Assembly: GCA_964016885.1 (NCBI GenBank)
Contig: OZ024745.1
Coordinates: forward strand, 7,068,001-7,132,000
Source: Eledone cirrhosa
Taxonomy: Eukaryota
Reading direction: 5' to 3'
DNA: 64,000 bases
This document shows positions 10,401 to 25,500 of this stretch, in pieces. The notes beneath the pieces are model-generated. The model was given only the letters and a program-made list of their open reading frames with translations, was not told the DNA's origin and searched no databases. Every line of letters begins with the position of its first letter. Within the stretch, counting starts at the first letter, position 1. The position numbers and the translations under genes were made by a program.

Positions 10401-13400
10401 CGTCAGATAGAATATTAGAGGGGTTATAACGTCAGATAGAATCGTAGAGTTGTTAAAACGTTAGATAGTATGGTAGAGTGGTTAGACGGTCATATAGAAT
10501 GGTAGAGTGGTTACAACGTCACATAGAATGGTAAAGTCGTTAGAACGTCAGTTAGAATGGTAGAGTGGCTAGAACGACAGATAGAATGGTAGAGTGGTTA
10601 GAACGTAAGATAGAATGGTAGAATGGCTAGGACGTCAGATAGAATGGTAGAGTGGTTAGAACATCAAATAGAATGGTAGATTTGTTAGAACGTCAGATAG
10701 AATGGTAGATTCGTTAGAACGTCAGATAGAATGGTAGGGTGGTTAGAAGGTCAGATACAATGGTAGAGTGGTTTGAACGTCAAATAGAATGGTACAGTGG
10801 TTAGAAGGTCAGATAGAATAGTAGAGAGGTTATAACGTCATATAGCATGGTAGAGTGGTTATAACGTCAGATAGAATGGTAGAGTGGTTAGAGCGTCAGA
10901 TAGATTGGTAGAGTGGTTGGAACGTCAGATAGAATGGCAGAGTGGTTAGAACGTCAGATAGAATGGTAGAGTGGTTATAACGTCAGATAGAAGGGTAGAC
11001 TGGTTAGAACGTCACATAGAATGGTAGAGTCGTTAGAAGGTCAGATAGAATGGTAGAGTGGTTAGGTCAGATAGAACGGAGAGTGGTTAGAACGTCTGAT
11101 AGAGTGTTAGAGTGTTTAGAAAGTCATATAGAATGGTATAGTGGTAGAACGTCATATAGAATGGTACAGTGGTTAGAACGTCTGATAGAATGGTAGAGTG
11201 GTTAGAAAGTCAGATAGAATGGTAGAGTGGTTAGAACGTCAGATAGAATGGTAGAGTGGCTAGGACGTCAGATAGAATGGTAGAGTGGTTAAAACGTCAG
11301 ATAGAATGGTAAAGTGGTTAGAAGGTCAGATAGAATGGTAGAGTTGTTAGAACGTCAGATGAAATGGTAGAACGGTAGAACATCAGATAGAATGGTAGAG
11401 TTGTTAGAATGTCAGATAGAATGGTAGATTGGATAAAAGGTCAGATAGAATAGTAGAGTGGCTAGAAGGTCAGATAGATTGGTAGAGTCGTCAGACCGTC
11501 AGATAGACTGATAGAGTGGTTAGAACGTCAGATAGAATGGTAGAGTGGTTAGAACGTCAGATAGAATGGTAGAGTAGTTAGAAGGTCACAGAGAATGGTA
11601 GTGTTGTTGGAACGTCAGATAGAATGGTAGAGTGGTTTGAACGTCAGATAAAATGGTAGGGTGCTTATAAGGTCAGATAGAATGGTAGAGATGTTTGAAC
11701 GTCAGATAGAAAGGTAGGCTGGTTAGAAGGTCAGATAGAATGGTAGAGTGGTTAGAACGTCAGATAGAATGGTAGAGTGGTTAGAACGACAGATAGAATG
11801 ATAGAGTTGTTAGAACGTCAGATACAATGGTAGAGTGGTTAGAACATCAGATAAAATGGTAGAGTGGTTAAAACGTCAGATAGAATGTTACAGTGGTTAG
11901 AAGGACAGATAGAATGGTAGAGTGGTTAGAACGTCACATAGAATGGTAGAGTGGTTATAACGTCAGATAGAATGGTAGAGTTGTGAGAACGTCAGATAGA
12001 ATGGTAGAGGGGTTATAACGTCAGATAGAATGGTAGAGTGATTAGAAAGTCAGATAGAATGGTAGAGTGGTTAGAACGTCAGATATGATAGTAGATTTGT
12101 TAGAACGTCAGATAGAGTGGTACAGTGGATAGAACGTCAGATAGAATGGTAGAGTGGTTAGAACGTCAGATGAAATGGTAGAGTCGTTAGAAACTCAGAT
12201 AGAATGGTAGAGTGGTTAGAACGTCAGATAGAATGGTAGAGTTGTTAGAACGCCAGATAGAATGGTAGAGTGGTTAGAAGGTGAGATAGAATGGTAGAGT
12301 TGTTGGAACGTCAGATAAAATGGTAGAGTGGTTAGAAGGTCAGATAGAATGGTAGAGTGGTTAAAACGTCAGATAGAATGGTAGAGTTGTTAGAACGTCA
12401 GATAGAATGGTAGAGTTGTTAGAACGTCAGATAGAATGGTAGAGTGGTTAGAACGTCAGATAGAATGGTAGTGTTGTTAGAACGTCAGATAGAATTGTAG
12501 AGTGGTTATAACGTCAGATAGAATGGTAGAGTGGTAATAACGTCAGATAGAATGGTAGAGTTATTAGACCATTAGATAGATTGGTGGAGGGGTTATAACG
12601 TCAGATAGAATGGTAGTGTGGTTAGAAAGTCAGATAGAATGGTAGAGTGGTTAGAACGTCAGATAGAATGGTAGAGTAGTTAGAACGTCAGATAGGATAG
12701 TAGATTGGTTAGAACGTCAGATAGAGTGGTAGAGTGGTTAGAACGTCAGATGAAATGGTAGAACGGTAGAACATCAGATAGAATGGTAGAGTTGTTAGAA
12801 TGTCAGATAGAATGGTAGATTGGATAAAAGGTCAGATAGAATAGTAGAGTGGCTAGAAGGTCAGATAGATTGGTAGAGTCGTCAGACCGTCAGATAGACT
12901 GATAGAGTGGTTAGAACGTCAGATAGAATGGTAGAGTGGTTAGAACGTTAGATAGAATGGTAGAGTAGTTAGAAGGTCAGAGAGAATGGTAGTGTTGTTG
13001 GAACGTCAGATAGAATGGTAGAGTGGTTTGAACGTCAGATAAAATGGTAGGGTGGTTATAAGGTCAGATAGAATGGTAGAGAGGTTTGAACGTCAGATAG
13101 AAAGGTAGGGTGGTTAGAAGGTCAGATAGAATGGTAGAGTGGTTAGAACGTCAGATAGAATGGTAGAGTGGTTACAACGACAGATAGAATGATAGAGTTG
13201 TTAGAACGTCAGATAAAATGGTACAGTGGTTAGAACGTCAGATAGAATGGTAGAGTGGTTAGAACATCAAATAGAATGGTAGATTTGTTAGAACATCAGA
13301 TATAAAGGGAGATTCGTTAGAACGTCAGATAGAATGCTAGCGTGGCTAGAACGTCAGATAGAACGGTAGAGTGGTTAGAACGTTAAATATAATTGTAGAG

Positions 13401-16400
13401 TCGTTAGAATGTCACATAGAATGGTAGAGTGGTTAGAACGTCAGATAAATTGGTAGAGTCGTTAGAAATCAGAGAGAATGGTAGATTGGTTAGAGCGTCA
13501 GATAGAATGGTAGGGTGGCTAGAAGGTCAGCTAGACTGGTAGTGTGGTTAGAACGTCAGATAGAATGGTTGAGTGGTTATGACGTCTGATAGAATGGTAG
13601 AGTGGTTATAACGTCAGATAGAATAGGAGAGGTGGTTAGAACGTCAGATAGAATGGTAGAGTTGTTAGAACGTCAGATAGAATGGTAGAGTGGTTATAAC
13701 GTCAGATAGAATGGTAGAGTTGTTAGAACGTCAGATAGAATGGTAGAGGGGTTATAACGTCAGATAGAATGGTAGAGTGGTTAGAAAGTCAGATAGAATG
13801 GTAGAGTGGTTAGAACGTCAGATATGATAGTAGATTTGTTAGAACGTCAGATAGAGTGGTACAGTGGATAGAACGTCAGATAGAATGGTAGATTTGTTAG
13901 AACGTCAGATAGAGTGGTAGAGTGGTTAGAACGTCAGATGAAATGGTAGAGTCGTTAGAACCTCAGATAGAATGGTAGAGTGGTTAGAACGTCAGATAGA
14001 ATGGTAGAGTAGTTAGAAGGTCAGAGAGAATGGTAGTGTTGTTGGAACGTCAGATAGAATGGTAGAGTGGTTTGAACGTCAGATAAAATGGTAGGGTGGT
14101 TATAAGGTCAGATAGAATGGTAGAGAGGTTTGAACGTCAGATAGAAAGGTAGGGTGGTTAGAAGGTCAGATAGAATGGTAGAGTGGTTAGAACGTCAGAT
14201 AGAATGGTAGAGTGGTTAGAACGACTGATAGAATGATAGAGTTGTTAGAACGTCAGATAAAATGGTACAGTGGTTAGAACGTCAGATAGAATGGTAGAGT
14301 GGTTAGAACATCAAATAGAATGGTAGATTTGTTAGAACGTCAGATATAAAGGGAGATTCGTTAGAACGTCAGATAGAATGCTAGCGTGGCTAGAACGTCA
14401 GATAGAACGGTAGAGTGGTTAGAACGTTAAATATAATTGTAGAGTCGTTAGAACGTCACATAGAATGGTAGAGTGGTTAGAACGTCAGATAGAATGGTAG
14501 AGTCGTTAGAAATCAGATAGAATGGTAGAGTGGTTAGAGCGTCAGATAGAATGGTAGGGTGGCTAGAAGGTCAGCTAGACTGGTAGTGTGGTTAGAACGT
14601 CAGATAGAATGGTTGAGTGGTTATGACGTCTGATAGAATGTTAGAGTGGTTATAACGTCAGATAGAATAGGAGAGGTGGTTAGAACGTCAGATAGAATGG
14701 TAGAGTAGTTAGAACGTCAGATAGAATGGTAGAGTGGTTACAACGCCTGATATAATGGTAGAGTGGTTAGAAGGTCAGATAGAATGGTAGAGTGGTTAGA
14801 ACGTCAGATAGAATGGTAAAGTGGTTAGAACGTCAGATAGAATGGTAGAGTTGTTAGAACGCCAGATAGAATGGTAGAGTCGCTAGAATGTCAGACTGAG
14901 TGGTAGAGTGGTTAGGAGGTCAGATAGAATGGTAGAGTGGTTATAACGTCAGATAGAATGGTAGAGTGGTTAGAACGTATGATAGAGTGGTACAGTGGTT
15001 AGAACGTCAGATAGAATGGTAGAGTGGTTAGAACGTCAGATAGAATGGTAGAGTGGTTAGAATGTCAGATAGAATGGTAGATTGGATAGAAGGTCAGATA
15101 GAATGGTAGAGTTGTTAGAAAGTCAGATAGAATGGTAGAGTGGTTATAACGTCAGATAGAATGGTAGAGTTGTTTGAACGTCAGATAGAATTGTAGAGTG
15201 GTTATAACGTCAGATAGAATGGTAGAGTGGTTAGAAGGTCAGAGAGAATGGTAGAGTGGTTAAAACGTCAGATAGAATGCTAAAGTGGTTAGAAGGTCAG
15301 ATAGAATGGTTGAGTTGTTAGAACGTCAGATGGAATGGTAGAGGAGTTAGAACGTCATATAGAATGGTAGAGTGGTTAGAAGGACAGAGAGAATGGTAGA
15401 GTGGTTAAAACGTCAGATAGAATGCTAAAGTGGTTAGAAGGTCAGATAGAATGGTAGAGTTGTTAGAACGTCAGATGGAATGGTAGAGGAGTTAGAACGT
15501 CAGATAAAATGGTAGAGTGGTTAAAGCGTCAGATAGAATGGTAGTGTGGTTAGAAGGTCAGATAGAATGGTACAGTGGTTAGAACGTCACATAGAATGGT
15601 AGATTTGTTATAACGTCAGATAGAATGGTAGAGGGGTTATAACGTCAGATAGAATGGTAGTGTTATTAGAACCTCAGATAGAATTGTAGAGTGGTTATAA
15701 CGTCAGATAGAATGGTAGAGTGGTTAAAACGTCAGATAGAATGGTAGAGTTGTTAGAACGTCAGATAGAATCGTACAGTCGTTAGAACGTCAGATAGGAT
15801 AGTAGATTTGTTAGAACGTCAGATAGAGTGGTACAGTGTATAGAACGTCAGATAGAATGGTAGAGTGGTTAGAACGTCAGATAGAGTGGTAGAGTGGTTA
15901 GAACGTCAGATTAAATGGTAGAGTCGTTAGAAAGTCAGATAGAATGGTAGAGTTGTTAGAACGCCAGATAGAATGGTAGAGTGGTTAGAAGGTCAGATAG
16001 AATTGTAGAGTTGTTGGAACGTCAGATAAAATGGTAGAGTGGTTAGAAAGTCAGATAGAATGGTAGACTGGTTAGAACGTCAGATAGAATGGTAGAGTGT
16101 TTAGAATGTCAGATAGAATGGTAGAGTGGTTAAAACGTCAGATTGAATGGTAGTGTGGTTAGAAGGTCAGATAGAATGGTAGTGTTGTTAGAACGTCAGA
16201 TGGAATTGGAGAGTGGTTATAACGTCAGATAGAATGGTAGAGTGGTTAGAAGGTCAGATAGAACGGTTGAGTTGTTAGAACGTCAGATAGAATGGTAGAG
16301 TGGTTAGAACGTCAGATAGAATTGTAGAGTAGCTAGAAGGTCAGCTCGAATGGTAGAGTGGTTAGAAGGTTAGATAGAAAGGTTGAGTGGTTAGAACGTC

Positions 16401-19400
16401 ACATAGAATGGTAAAATCGTTAGAACATAAGATATAATGGTAGAGTTGTTATAACGTCAGATAGAATGGTAGAGGGGTTATAACGTCAGATAGAATGGTA
16501 GAGTTGTTAGAACGTCAGATAGAATGTTAGAGGGGTTATAACGTCAGATAGAATTGTAGAGTGGTTATAACGTGAGATAGAATGGTAGAGTGATTATAAC
16601 GTCAGATAGAATGGTAGAGTTGTTAGAACGTCAGATACAATGGTAGAGTGGTTAGACAGTCAGATAGAATGGTAGAGTGGTTAGAACGTCACATAGAATG
16701 CTAAAGTCATTAGAACGTCAGATAGGATAGTAGATTTGTTAGAACGAAGGATAGAGTGGTAGAGTGGTTAGAACGTCAGATAGAGTGGTAGAGTGGCTAG
16801 AACGACATATAGAATGGTAGAGTGGTTAGAACGTAAGATAGAATGGTAGATTTGTTAGAACGACAGATAGAATGGTAGAGTGGTTAGAACGTCAGATAGA
16901 GTGGTAGAGTGGCTAGAACGACAGATAGAATGGTAGAGTGGTTAGAACGTAAGATAGAATGGTAGATTTGTTAGAACGTCAAATAGAATGATAGAGTGGT
17001 TAGAAGGTCAGATAGAATGGTAGAGTGGTTAGAACGTCAGATAGAATGGTAGAGTGGTTAGAAGGTCAGATAGAATGGTAGAGTTGTTAGAACGTCAGTT
17101 AGAAGGTAGAGTGGTTAGAACGTCAGATAAAATGGTAGGGTGGTTAAAACGTTAGATAGAATGGTAGTGTGGTTAAAAGGTCAGATAGAATGGTAGAGTG
17201 GTTAGAACGTCAGATAGAATGGTAAAGTCATTAGAACGTCAGATAGAATGGTAGAGGTCTTATAACGTCAGATAGAATGGTAGAGGGGTTAGAACGTCAG
17301 ATAGAATGGTAGAGTGGTTAGAATGTCAGATAGAATGGTAGATTGGATAGAAGGTCAGATAGAATGGTAGAGTTGTTAGAAAGTCAGATAGAATGGTAGT
17401 GTTGTTAGACCGTCAGAGAGAATGGTAGAGTGGTTAAAACGTCAGATAGAATGCTAAAGTGGTTAGAAGGTCAGATAGAATGGTAGAGTTGTTAGAACGT
17501 CAGATGGAATGGTAGAGGAGTTAGAACGTCATATAAAATGGTAGAGTGGTTAAAGCGTCAGATAGAATGGTAGTGTGGTTAGAAGGTCAGATAGAATGGT
17601 ACAGTGGTTAGAACGTCACATAGAATGGTAAAGTCATTAGAACGTCAGATAGAATGGTAGAGGTCTTATAACGTCAGATAGAATGGTAGAGGGGTTATAA
17701 CGTCAGGTAGAATGGTAGTGTTGTTAAAACGTCAGATAGTATTGTAGCGTGGTTATAACGTCAGATAGAATGGTAGAGTTGTTATAAAGTCAGATAGAAT
17801 GGTAGAGTTGTTAGAACGTCAGACAGAATGGTTGAGGGGTTATAACGTCAGATAGAATGGTAGAGTGGTTAGACAGTCAGATAGAATGGTAGAGTGGTTA
17901 GAACGTCAGATAGAATGGTACAGTCGTTAGAACGTCAGATAGGATAGTAGATTTGTTAGAAAGTCAGTTAGAGTGGTACAGTGGTTAGAACGTCAGATAG
18001 AATGGTAGATTGGTTAGAACGTCAGATAGAGTGGTAGAGTGGTTAGAACGTCAGATGAAATGGTAGAGTCGTTGGAACCTCAGATAGAATGGTAGTATTG
18101 TTAGAATGTCAGATAGAATGGTAGATTGGATAGAAGGTCAGATAGAATAGTAGAGTGGTTAGAACGTCAGCTAGAATGGTAGAGTAGTTAAAAAGTCAGA
18201 TAGAATGGTAGAGCCGTTTGAACCTCAGATAGAATGGTAGGGCGGTTATATGGTCAGATAGAATGGTAGAGTGGTTTGAAGGTCAGATAGCATGATAGGG
18301 GGTCAGAAGGTCAGATAGAATGGTAGAGTTGTTAGAATGTCAGATAGAATGGTAGAGTGGTTAGAAGGTCAGATAGAATGGTTGAGTTGTTAGAACGTCA
18401 GATAGAATGGTAGAGTGGTTAGAACGTCAGATAGAATGGTAGAGTAGCATGAAGGTCTGCTAGAATGATAGAGTGGTTAGAAGGTTAGATACAAAGGTAG
18501 AGTGGTTAGAATGTCAGATAGAATGGTAGAGTTGTTAAAACGTCAGATAGAATGGTAGAGTGGTTAGAGCGTCAGATAGAATGGTAGGGTGGCTAGAAGG
18601 TCAGCTAGAATGGTAGTGTGGTTAGAACGTCAGATAGAATGGTATAGTGGTTATAACGTCAGATAGAATGGTAGAGTTGTTAGAACGTCAGATAGAATTG
18701 TAGAGTGATTATAACGTCAGATAGAATGGTAGAGTGGTTATAACGTCAGATAGAATGGTAGAGTTGTTATAACGTCAGATAGAATGGTAGAGTGGTTAGA
18801 AGGTCAGATAGAATGGCAGAGTTGTTATAACGTCAGATAGAATGGTAGAGTTGTTAGGTCAGATAGAACGGTTGAGTTGTTAGAACGTCAGATAGAATGG
18901 TAGAGTAGCTAGAAGGTCTGCTAGAATGGTAGAGTGGTTAGAAGGTTAGATAGAAAGGTAGAGTGGTTAGAAGGTTAGATAGAAAGGTAGAGTGGTTAGA
19001 ACGTCACATAGAATTGTAAAGTCGTTAGAACATAAGATAGAATGGTAGAGTTGTTATAACGTCAGATAGAATGGTAGAGGGGTTATAATGTCAGATAGAA
19101 TGGTAGAGTTGTTAGAACGTCAGATAGAATATTAGAGGGGTTATAATGTCAGATAGAATGGTAGAGTGGTTATAACGTCAGATAGAATTGTAGAGTGATT
19201 ATAACGTCAGATAGAATGGTAGAGTTGTTAGAACGTCAGATAGAATGGAAGTGTGGTTAGACGGTCAGGTAGAATGGTAGAGTGGTTAGAACGTCACTTA
19301 GAATGCTAAAGTCATTAGAACGTCAGATAGGATAGTAGATTTGTTAGAACGTCAGATAGAGTGGTACAGTGGTTAGAACGTCAGATAGAATGGTAGAGTG

Positions 19401-19520
19401 GTTAGAACGTCAGATAGAGTGGTAGAGTGGCTAGAACGACAGATAGAATGGTAGAGTGGTTAGAACGTAAGATAGAATGGTAGATTTGTTATAACGTCAG
19501 ATAGAATGGTAGAGTGGTTA

Positions 19521-22500
19521 GAACGTCAGATAGAATGGTAGAGAAGCATGAAGGTCTGCTAGAATGCTAGAGTGGTTAGAAGGTTAGATACAAAGGTAGA
19601 GTGGTTAGAATGTCAGATAGAATGGTAGAGTTGTTAGAACATCAGATAGAATGGTAGAGTAGTTAGAACGTAAGATAGAATAGTAGAGTAGCATGAAGGT
19701 CTGCTAGAATTATAGAGTGGTTAGAAGGTTAGATACAAAGGTAGAGTGGTTAGAATGTCAGATAGAATGGTTGAGTTGTTAGAACGTCAGATAGAATGGT
19801 AGAGTGGCTAGAAGGACAGATACAATGATAGAGTGGTTAGAATGTCAGATAGAATGGTAGAGTTGTTAGAACGTCAGATAGAATGGTAGAGTGGTTAGAA
19901 CGTAAGATAGAATAGTAGAGTAGCATGAAGGTCTGCTAGAATGATAGAGTGGTTAGAAGGTTAGATACAAAGGTAGAGTGGTTAGAATGTCAGATAGAAT
20001 GGTTGAGTTGTTAGAACGTCAGATAGAATGGTAGAGTGGCTAGAAGGACAGATACAATGATAGAGTGCTTAGAACGTCAGATAGAATGGTAGAGTGGTTA
20101 TGACGTCAGATAGATTGGTAGAGTGGTTTGAACGTCAGATAGAATGGGAGAGGTGGTTAGAACGTCAGATAGAATGGTAGAGTTGTTAGAACGTCAGATA
20201 GAATGGTAGGATGGTTATAACGTCAGACAGAATGGTAGAGTGGTTACAACCTCTGATATAATGGTAGAGTGGTTAGAACGTCAGATAGAATGGTAGAATG
20301 ACTAGAAGGTCTGCTAGAATGGTAGAGTTGTTAGAACGTCAGATAGAATGGTAGAGTCATTAGCACGTCAGATAGAATGATAGAGTCGTTAGAATGTCAG
20401 ACAGAGTAGTAGAGTGGTTAGGAGGTCAGATAGAATGGTACAGTGGTTAGAACGTCACATAGAATGGTAGATGTGTTATAACGTCAGATAGAATGGTAGA
20501 ATTGTTAGAACGTCAGATAGAATAGTAGCGTGATTAGAAGGTCAGATAGAATGGGAGAGTGGTTAGAAGGGCAGATAGAATGTTAGAGTGGTTTGAACGT
20601 CAGATAGAGTGGTACAGTGGTTAGAACGTCAGATAGAACGTTAGAGTGGTTAGAACGTCAGATAGAATGGTAGAGTGGTTAGAATGTCAGATAGAATGGT
20701 AGATTGGATAGAAAGTCAGATAGAATGGTAGTGTTGTTAGACCGTCAGATAGAATGGTAGAGTGGTTATAACGTCAGATAGAATTGTAGAGTTGTTAGAG
20801 CGTCAGATAGAATTGTAGAGTGATTATAACGTCAGATAGAATGGTACAGTGGTCATAGCGTCAGATAGAATGGTAGAGTGGTTATAACGTCAGATAGAAT
20901 GGTAGAGTGGTTATCACGTCAGATAGAATGGAAGAGTTGTTAGAACGCCAGATAGAATGGTAGAGTTGTTAGAAGGTCAGATAGAACGGTTGAGTTGTTA
21001 GAACGTCAGATAGAATGGTAGAGTGGTTAGAACGTCAGATAGAATGGTAGAGTAGCTAGAAGGTCTGCTAGAATGGTAGAGTGGTTAGAAGGTTAGATAG
21101 AAAGGTAGAGTGGTTAGAACGTCACATAGAATGGTAAAGTTGTTAGAACATACGATAGAATGGTAGAGTTGTTATAACGTCAGATAGAATAGTAGAGGGG
21201 TTATAACGTCAGATAGAAAGGTAGAGTTGTTAGAACGTCAAATAGAATGTTAGAGGGGTTATAACGTCAGATAGAATGGTAGAGTGGTTATAACGTCAGA
21301 TAGAATGGTAGAGTGATTATAACGTCAGATAGAATGGTAGAGTTGTTAGAACGTCAGATAGAAAGGTAGAGTGGTTAGACAGTCAGATAGAATGGTAGAG
21401 TGGTTAGAACGTCACATAGAATGCTAAAGTCATTAGAACGTCAGATAGGATAGTAGATTTGTTAGAACGTCAGATAGAGTGGTACAGTGGTTAGAACGTC
21501 AGATAGAGTGGTAGAGCGGCTAGAACGACAGATAGAATGGTAGAGTGGTTAGAACGTAAGATAGAATGGTAGATTTGTTATAACGTCAGATAGAATGGTA
21601 GAGTGGTTAGAAGGTCAGATAGAATGGTAGAGTGGTTAGAACATAGGAGAGAATGGTATTGTGGTTAGAAGGTCAGATAGAATGGTAGAGTGGTTAAAAC
21701 GTCAGATAGAATGGTAGAGTGGTTAAAAGGTCAGAGAGAATGGTAGAGTTGTTAGAACGTCAGTTAGAATGGTAGAGTGGTTAAAACGTCAGATAGAATG
21801 GTAGAGTGGTTAAAAGGTCAGATAGAATGGTAGTGTGGTTAAAAGGTGAGATAGAATGGTAGAGTGTTTAGAACGTCAGATATAATGGTAAAGTCGTTAG
21901 AACGTCAGATAGAATGGTAGAGGTGTTATTACGTCAGATAGAATGGTAGAGGGGTTATAACGTCAGATAGAATGGTAGTGTTGTTAGAACGTCAGATAGA
22001 ATTGTAGAGTGGTTATAACGTCAGATAGAATGGTAGAGTGGTTATAAAGTTACATAGAATGGTAGACTTGTTAGAACGTCAGATAGAATGGTAGAGAGGT
22101 TATAACGTCAGATAGAATGGTAGAGTGGTTAGAACGTCAGATAGAATGGTAGAGTCGTCAGAACGTCAGATAGAATGATAAAGTGGTTAGAACGTCAGCT
22201 AGAATGGTAGAGTAGTTAGAAAGTCAGATAGAATGGTAGAGCTGTTTGAACGTCAGATAGAATGGTAGGGCGGTTATATGGTCAGATAGAATGGTAGAGT
22301 GGTTTGAAGGTCAGATAGAATGGTAGGGAGGTTAGAAGGTCAGATAGAATGGTAGAGTTGTTAGAAGGTCAGATAGAACAGTTGAGTTGTTAGAACGTCA
22401 GATAGAATGGTAGAGTGGCTAGAAGGACAGATACAATGATAGAGTGGTTAGAATGTCAGATAGAATGGTAGACTTGTTAGAACGTCAGATAGAATGGTAG

Positions 22501-25500
22501 AGTGGTTAGAACGTAAGATAGAATAGTAGAGTAGCATGAAGGTCTGCTAGAATGATAGAGTGGTTAGAAGGTTAGATACAAAGGTAGAGTGGTTAGAATG
22601 TCAGATAGAATGGTTGAGTTGTTAGAACGTCAGATAGAATGGTAGAGTGGCTAGAAGGACAGATACAATGATAGAGTGCTTAGAACGTCAGATAGAATGG
22701 TAGAGTGGTTATGACGTCAGATAGATTGGTAGAGTGGTTTGAACGTCAGATAGAATGGGAGAGGTGGTTAGAACGTCAGATAGAATGGTAGAGTTGTTAG
22801 AACGTCAGATAGAATGGTAGAGTGGTTACAACCTCTGATATAATGGTAGAGTGGTTAGAACGTCAGATAGAATGGTAGAATGACTAGAAGGTCTGCTAGA
22901 ATGGTAGAGTTGTTAGAACGTCAGATAGAATGGTAGAGTCATTAGCACGTCAGATAGAATGATAGAGTCGTTAGAATGTCAGACAGAGTAGTAGAGTGGT
23001 TAGGAGGTCAGATAGAATGGTACAGTGGTTAGAACGTCACATAGAATGGTAGATGTGTTATAACGTCAGATAGAATGGTAGAGTTGTTAGAACGTCAGAT
23101 AGAATAGTAGCGTGATTAGAAGGTCAGATAGAATGGGAGAGTGGTTAGAAGGGCAGATAGAATGTTAGAGTGGTTTGAACGTCAGATAGAGTGGTACAGT
23201 GGTTAGAACGTCAGATAGAACGTTAGAGTGGTTAGAACGTCAGATAGAATGGTAGAGTGGTTAGAATGTCAGATAGAATGGTAGATTGGATAGAAGGTCA
23301 GATAGAATGGTAGAGTGCTTAGAAAGTCAGATAGAATGGTAGTGTTGTTAGACCGTCAGATAGAATGGTAGAGTGGTTATAACGTCAGATAGAATTGTAG
23401 AGTTGTTAGAGCGTCAGATAGAATTGTAGAGTGATTATAACGTCAGATAGAATGGTACAGTGGTCATAGCGTCAGATAGAATGGTAGAGTGGTTAGAAGG
23501 TCAGATAGAATGGTAGAGTGGTTATCACGTCAGATAGAATGGAAGAGTTGTTAGAACGCCAGATAGAATGGTAGAGTTGTTAGAAGGTCAGATAGAACGG
23601 TTGAGTTGTTAGAACGTCAGATAGAATGGTAGAGTGGTTAGAACGTCAGATAGAATGGTAGAGTAGCTAGAAGGTCTGCTAGAATGGTAGAGTGGTTAGA
23701 AGGTTAGATAGAAAGATAGAGTGGTTAGAACGTCACATAGAATGGTAAAGTTGTTAGAACATACGATAGAATGGTAGAGTTGTTATAACGTCAGATAGAA
23801 TAGTAGAGGGGTTATAACGTCAGATAGAAAGGTAGAGTTGTTAGAACGTCAAATAGAATGTTAGAGGGGTTATAACGTCAGATAGAATGGTAGAGTGGTT
23901 ATAACGTCATATAGAATGGTAGAGTGATTATAACGTCAGATAGAATGGTAGAGTTGTTAGAACGTCAGATAGAAAGGTAGAGTGGTTAGACAGTCAGATA
24001 GAATGGTAGAGTGGTTAGAACGTCACATAGAATGCTAAAGTCATTAGAACGTCAGATAGGATAGTAGATTTGTTAGAACGTCAGATAGAGTGGTACAGTG
24101 GTTAGAACGTCAGATAGAGTGGTAGAGCGGCTAGAACGACAGATAGAATGGTAGAGTGGTTAGAACGTAAGATAGAATGGTAGATTTGTTATAACGTCAG
24201 ATAGAATGGTAGAGTGGTTAGAACATCAAATAGAATGGTAGAGTTGTTAGAACGTCAGATAGAATGGTAGATTCGTTAGAACGTCAGATAGAATGGTAGA
24301 GTGGTTAGAAGGTCAGATAGAATGGTAGAGTGGTTAGAACATAGGAGAGAATGGTATTGTGGTTAGAAGGTCAGATAGAATGGTAGAGTGGTTAAAACGT
24401 CAGATAGAATGGTAGAGTGGTTAAAAGGTCAGAGAGAATGGTAGAGTTGTTAGAACGTCAGTTAGAATGGTAGAGTGGTTAAAACGTCAGATAGAATGGT
24501 AGAGTGGTTAAAAGGTCAGATAGAATGGTAGTGTGGTTAAAAGGTGAGATAGAATGGTAGAGTGTTTAGAACGTCAGATATAATGGTAAAGTCGTTAGAA
24601 CGTCAGATAGAATGGTAGAGGTGTTATTACGTCAGATAGAATGGTAGAGGGGTTATAACGTCAGATAGAATGGTAGTGTTGTTAGAACGTCAGATAGAAT
24701 TGTAGAGTGGTTATAACGTCAGATAGAATGGTAGAGTGGTTATAAAGTTACATAGAATGGTAGACTTGTTAGAACGTCAGATAGAATGGTAGAGAGGTTA
24801 TAACGTCAGATAGAATGGTAGAGTGGTTAGAACGTCAGATAGAATGGTAGAGTCGTCAGAACGTCAGATAGAATGATAAAGTGGTTAGAACGTCAGCTAG
24901 AATGGTAGAGTAGTTAGAAAGTCAGATAGAATGGTAGAGCTGTTTGAACGTCAGATAGAATGGTAGGGCGGTTATATGGTCAGATAGAATGGTAGAGTGG
25001 TTTGAAGGTCAGATAGAATGGTAGGGAGGTTAGAAGGTCAGATAGAATGGTAGAGTTGTTAGAAGGTCAGATAGAACAGTTGAGTTGTTAGAACGTCAGA
25101 TAGAATGGTAGAGTGGTTAGAACGTCAGATAGAATGGTAGAGTAGCTAGAAGGTCTGCTAGAATGGTAGAGTGGTTAGAAGTTTAGATAGAAAGGTAGAG
25201 TGGTTAGAACGTCACATAGAATGGTAAAGTCGTTAGAACATAAGATAGAATGGTAGAGTTGTTATAACGTCAGATAGAATGGTAGAGGGGTTATAACGTC
25301 AGATAGAATGGTAGAGTTGTTAGAACGTCAGATAGAATATTAGAGGGGTTATAACGTTAGATAGAATGGTAGAGTTGATAGAACGTCAGATAGAATAGTA
25401 GAGTGATTAGAAGGTCAGATATAATGGTAGAGTGGTTAGAAGGTCAGATAGAATGTTAGAGTGGTTTGAACGTCAGATAGAATGGTAGAGTGGTTAGAAT

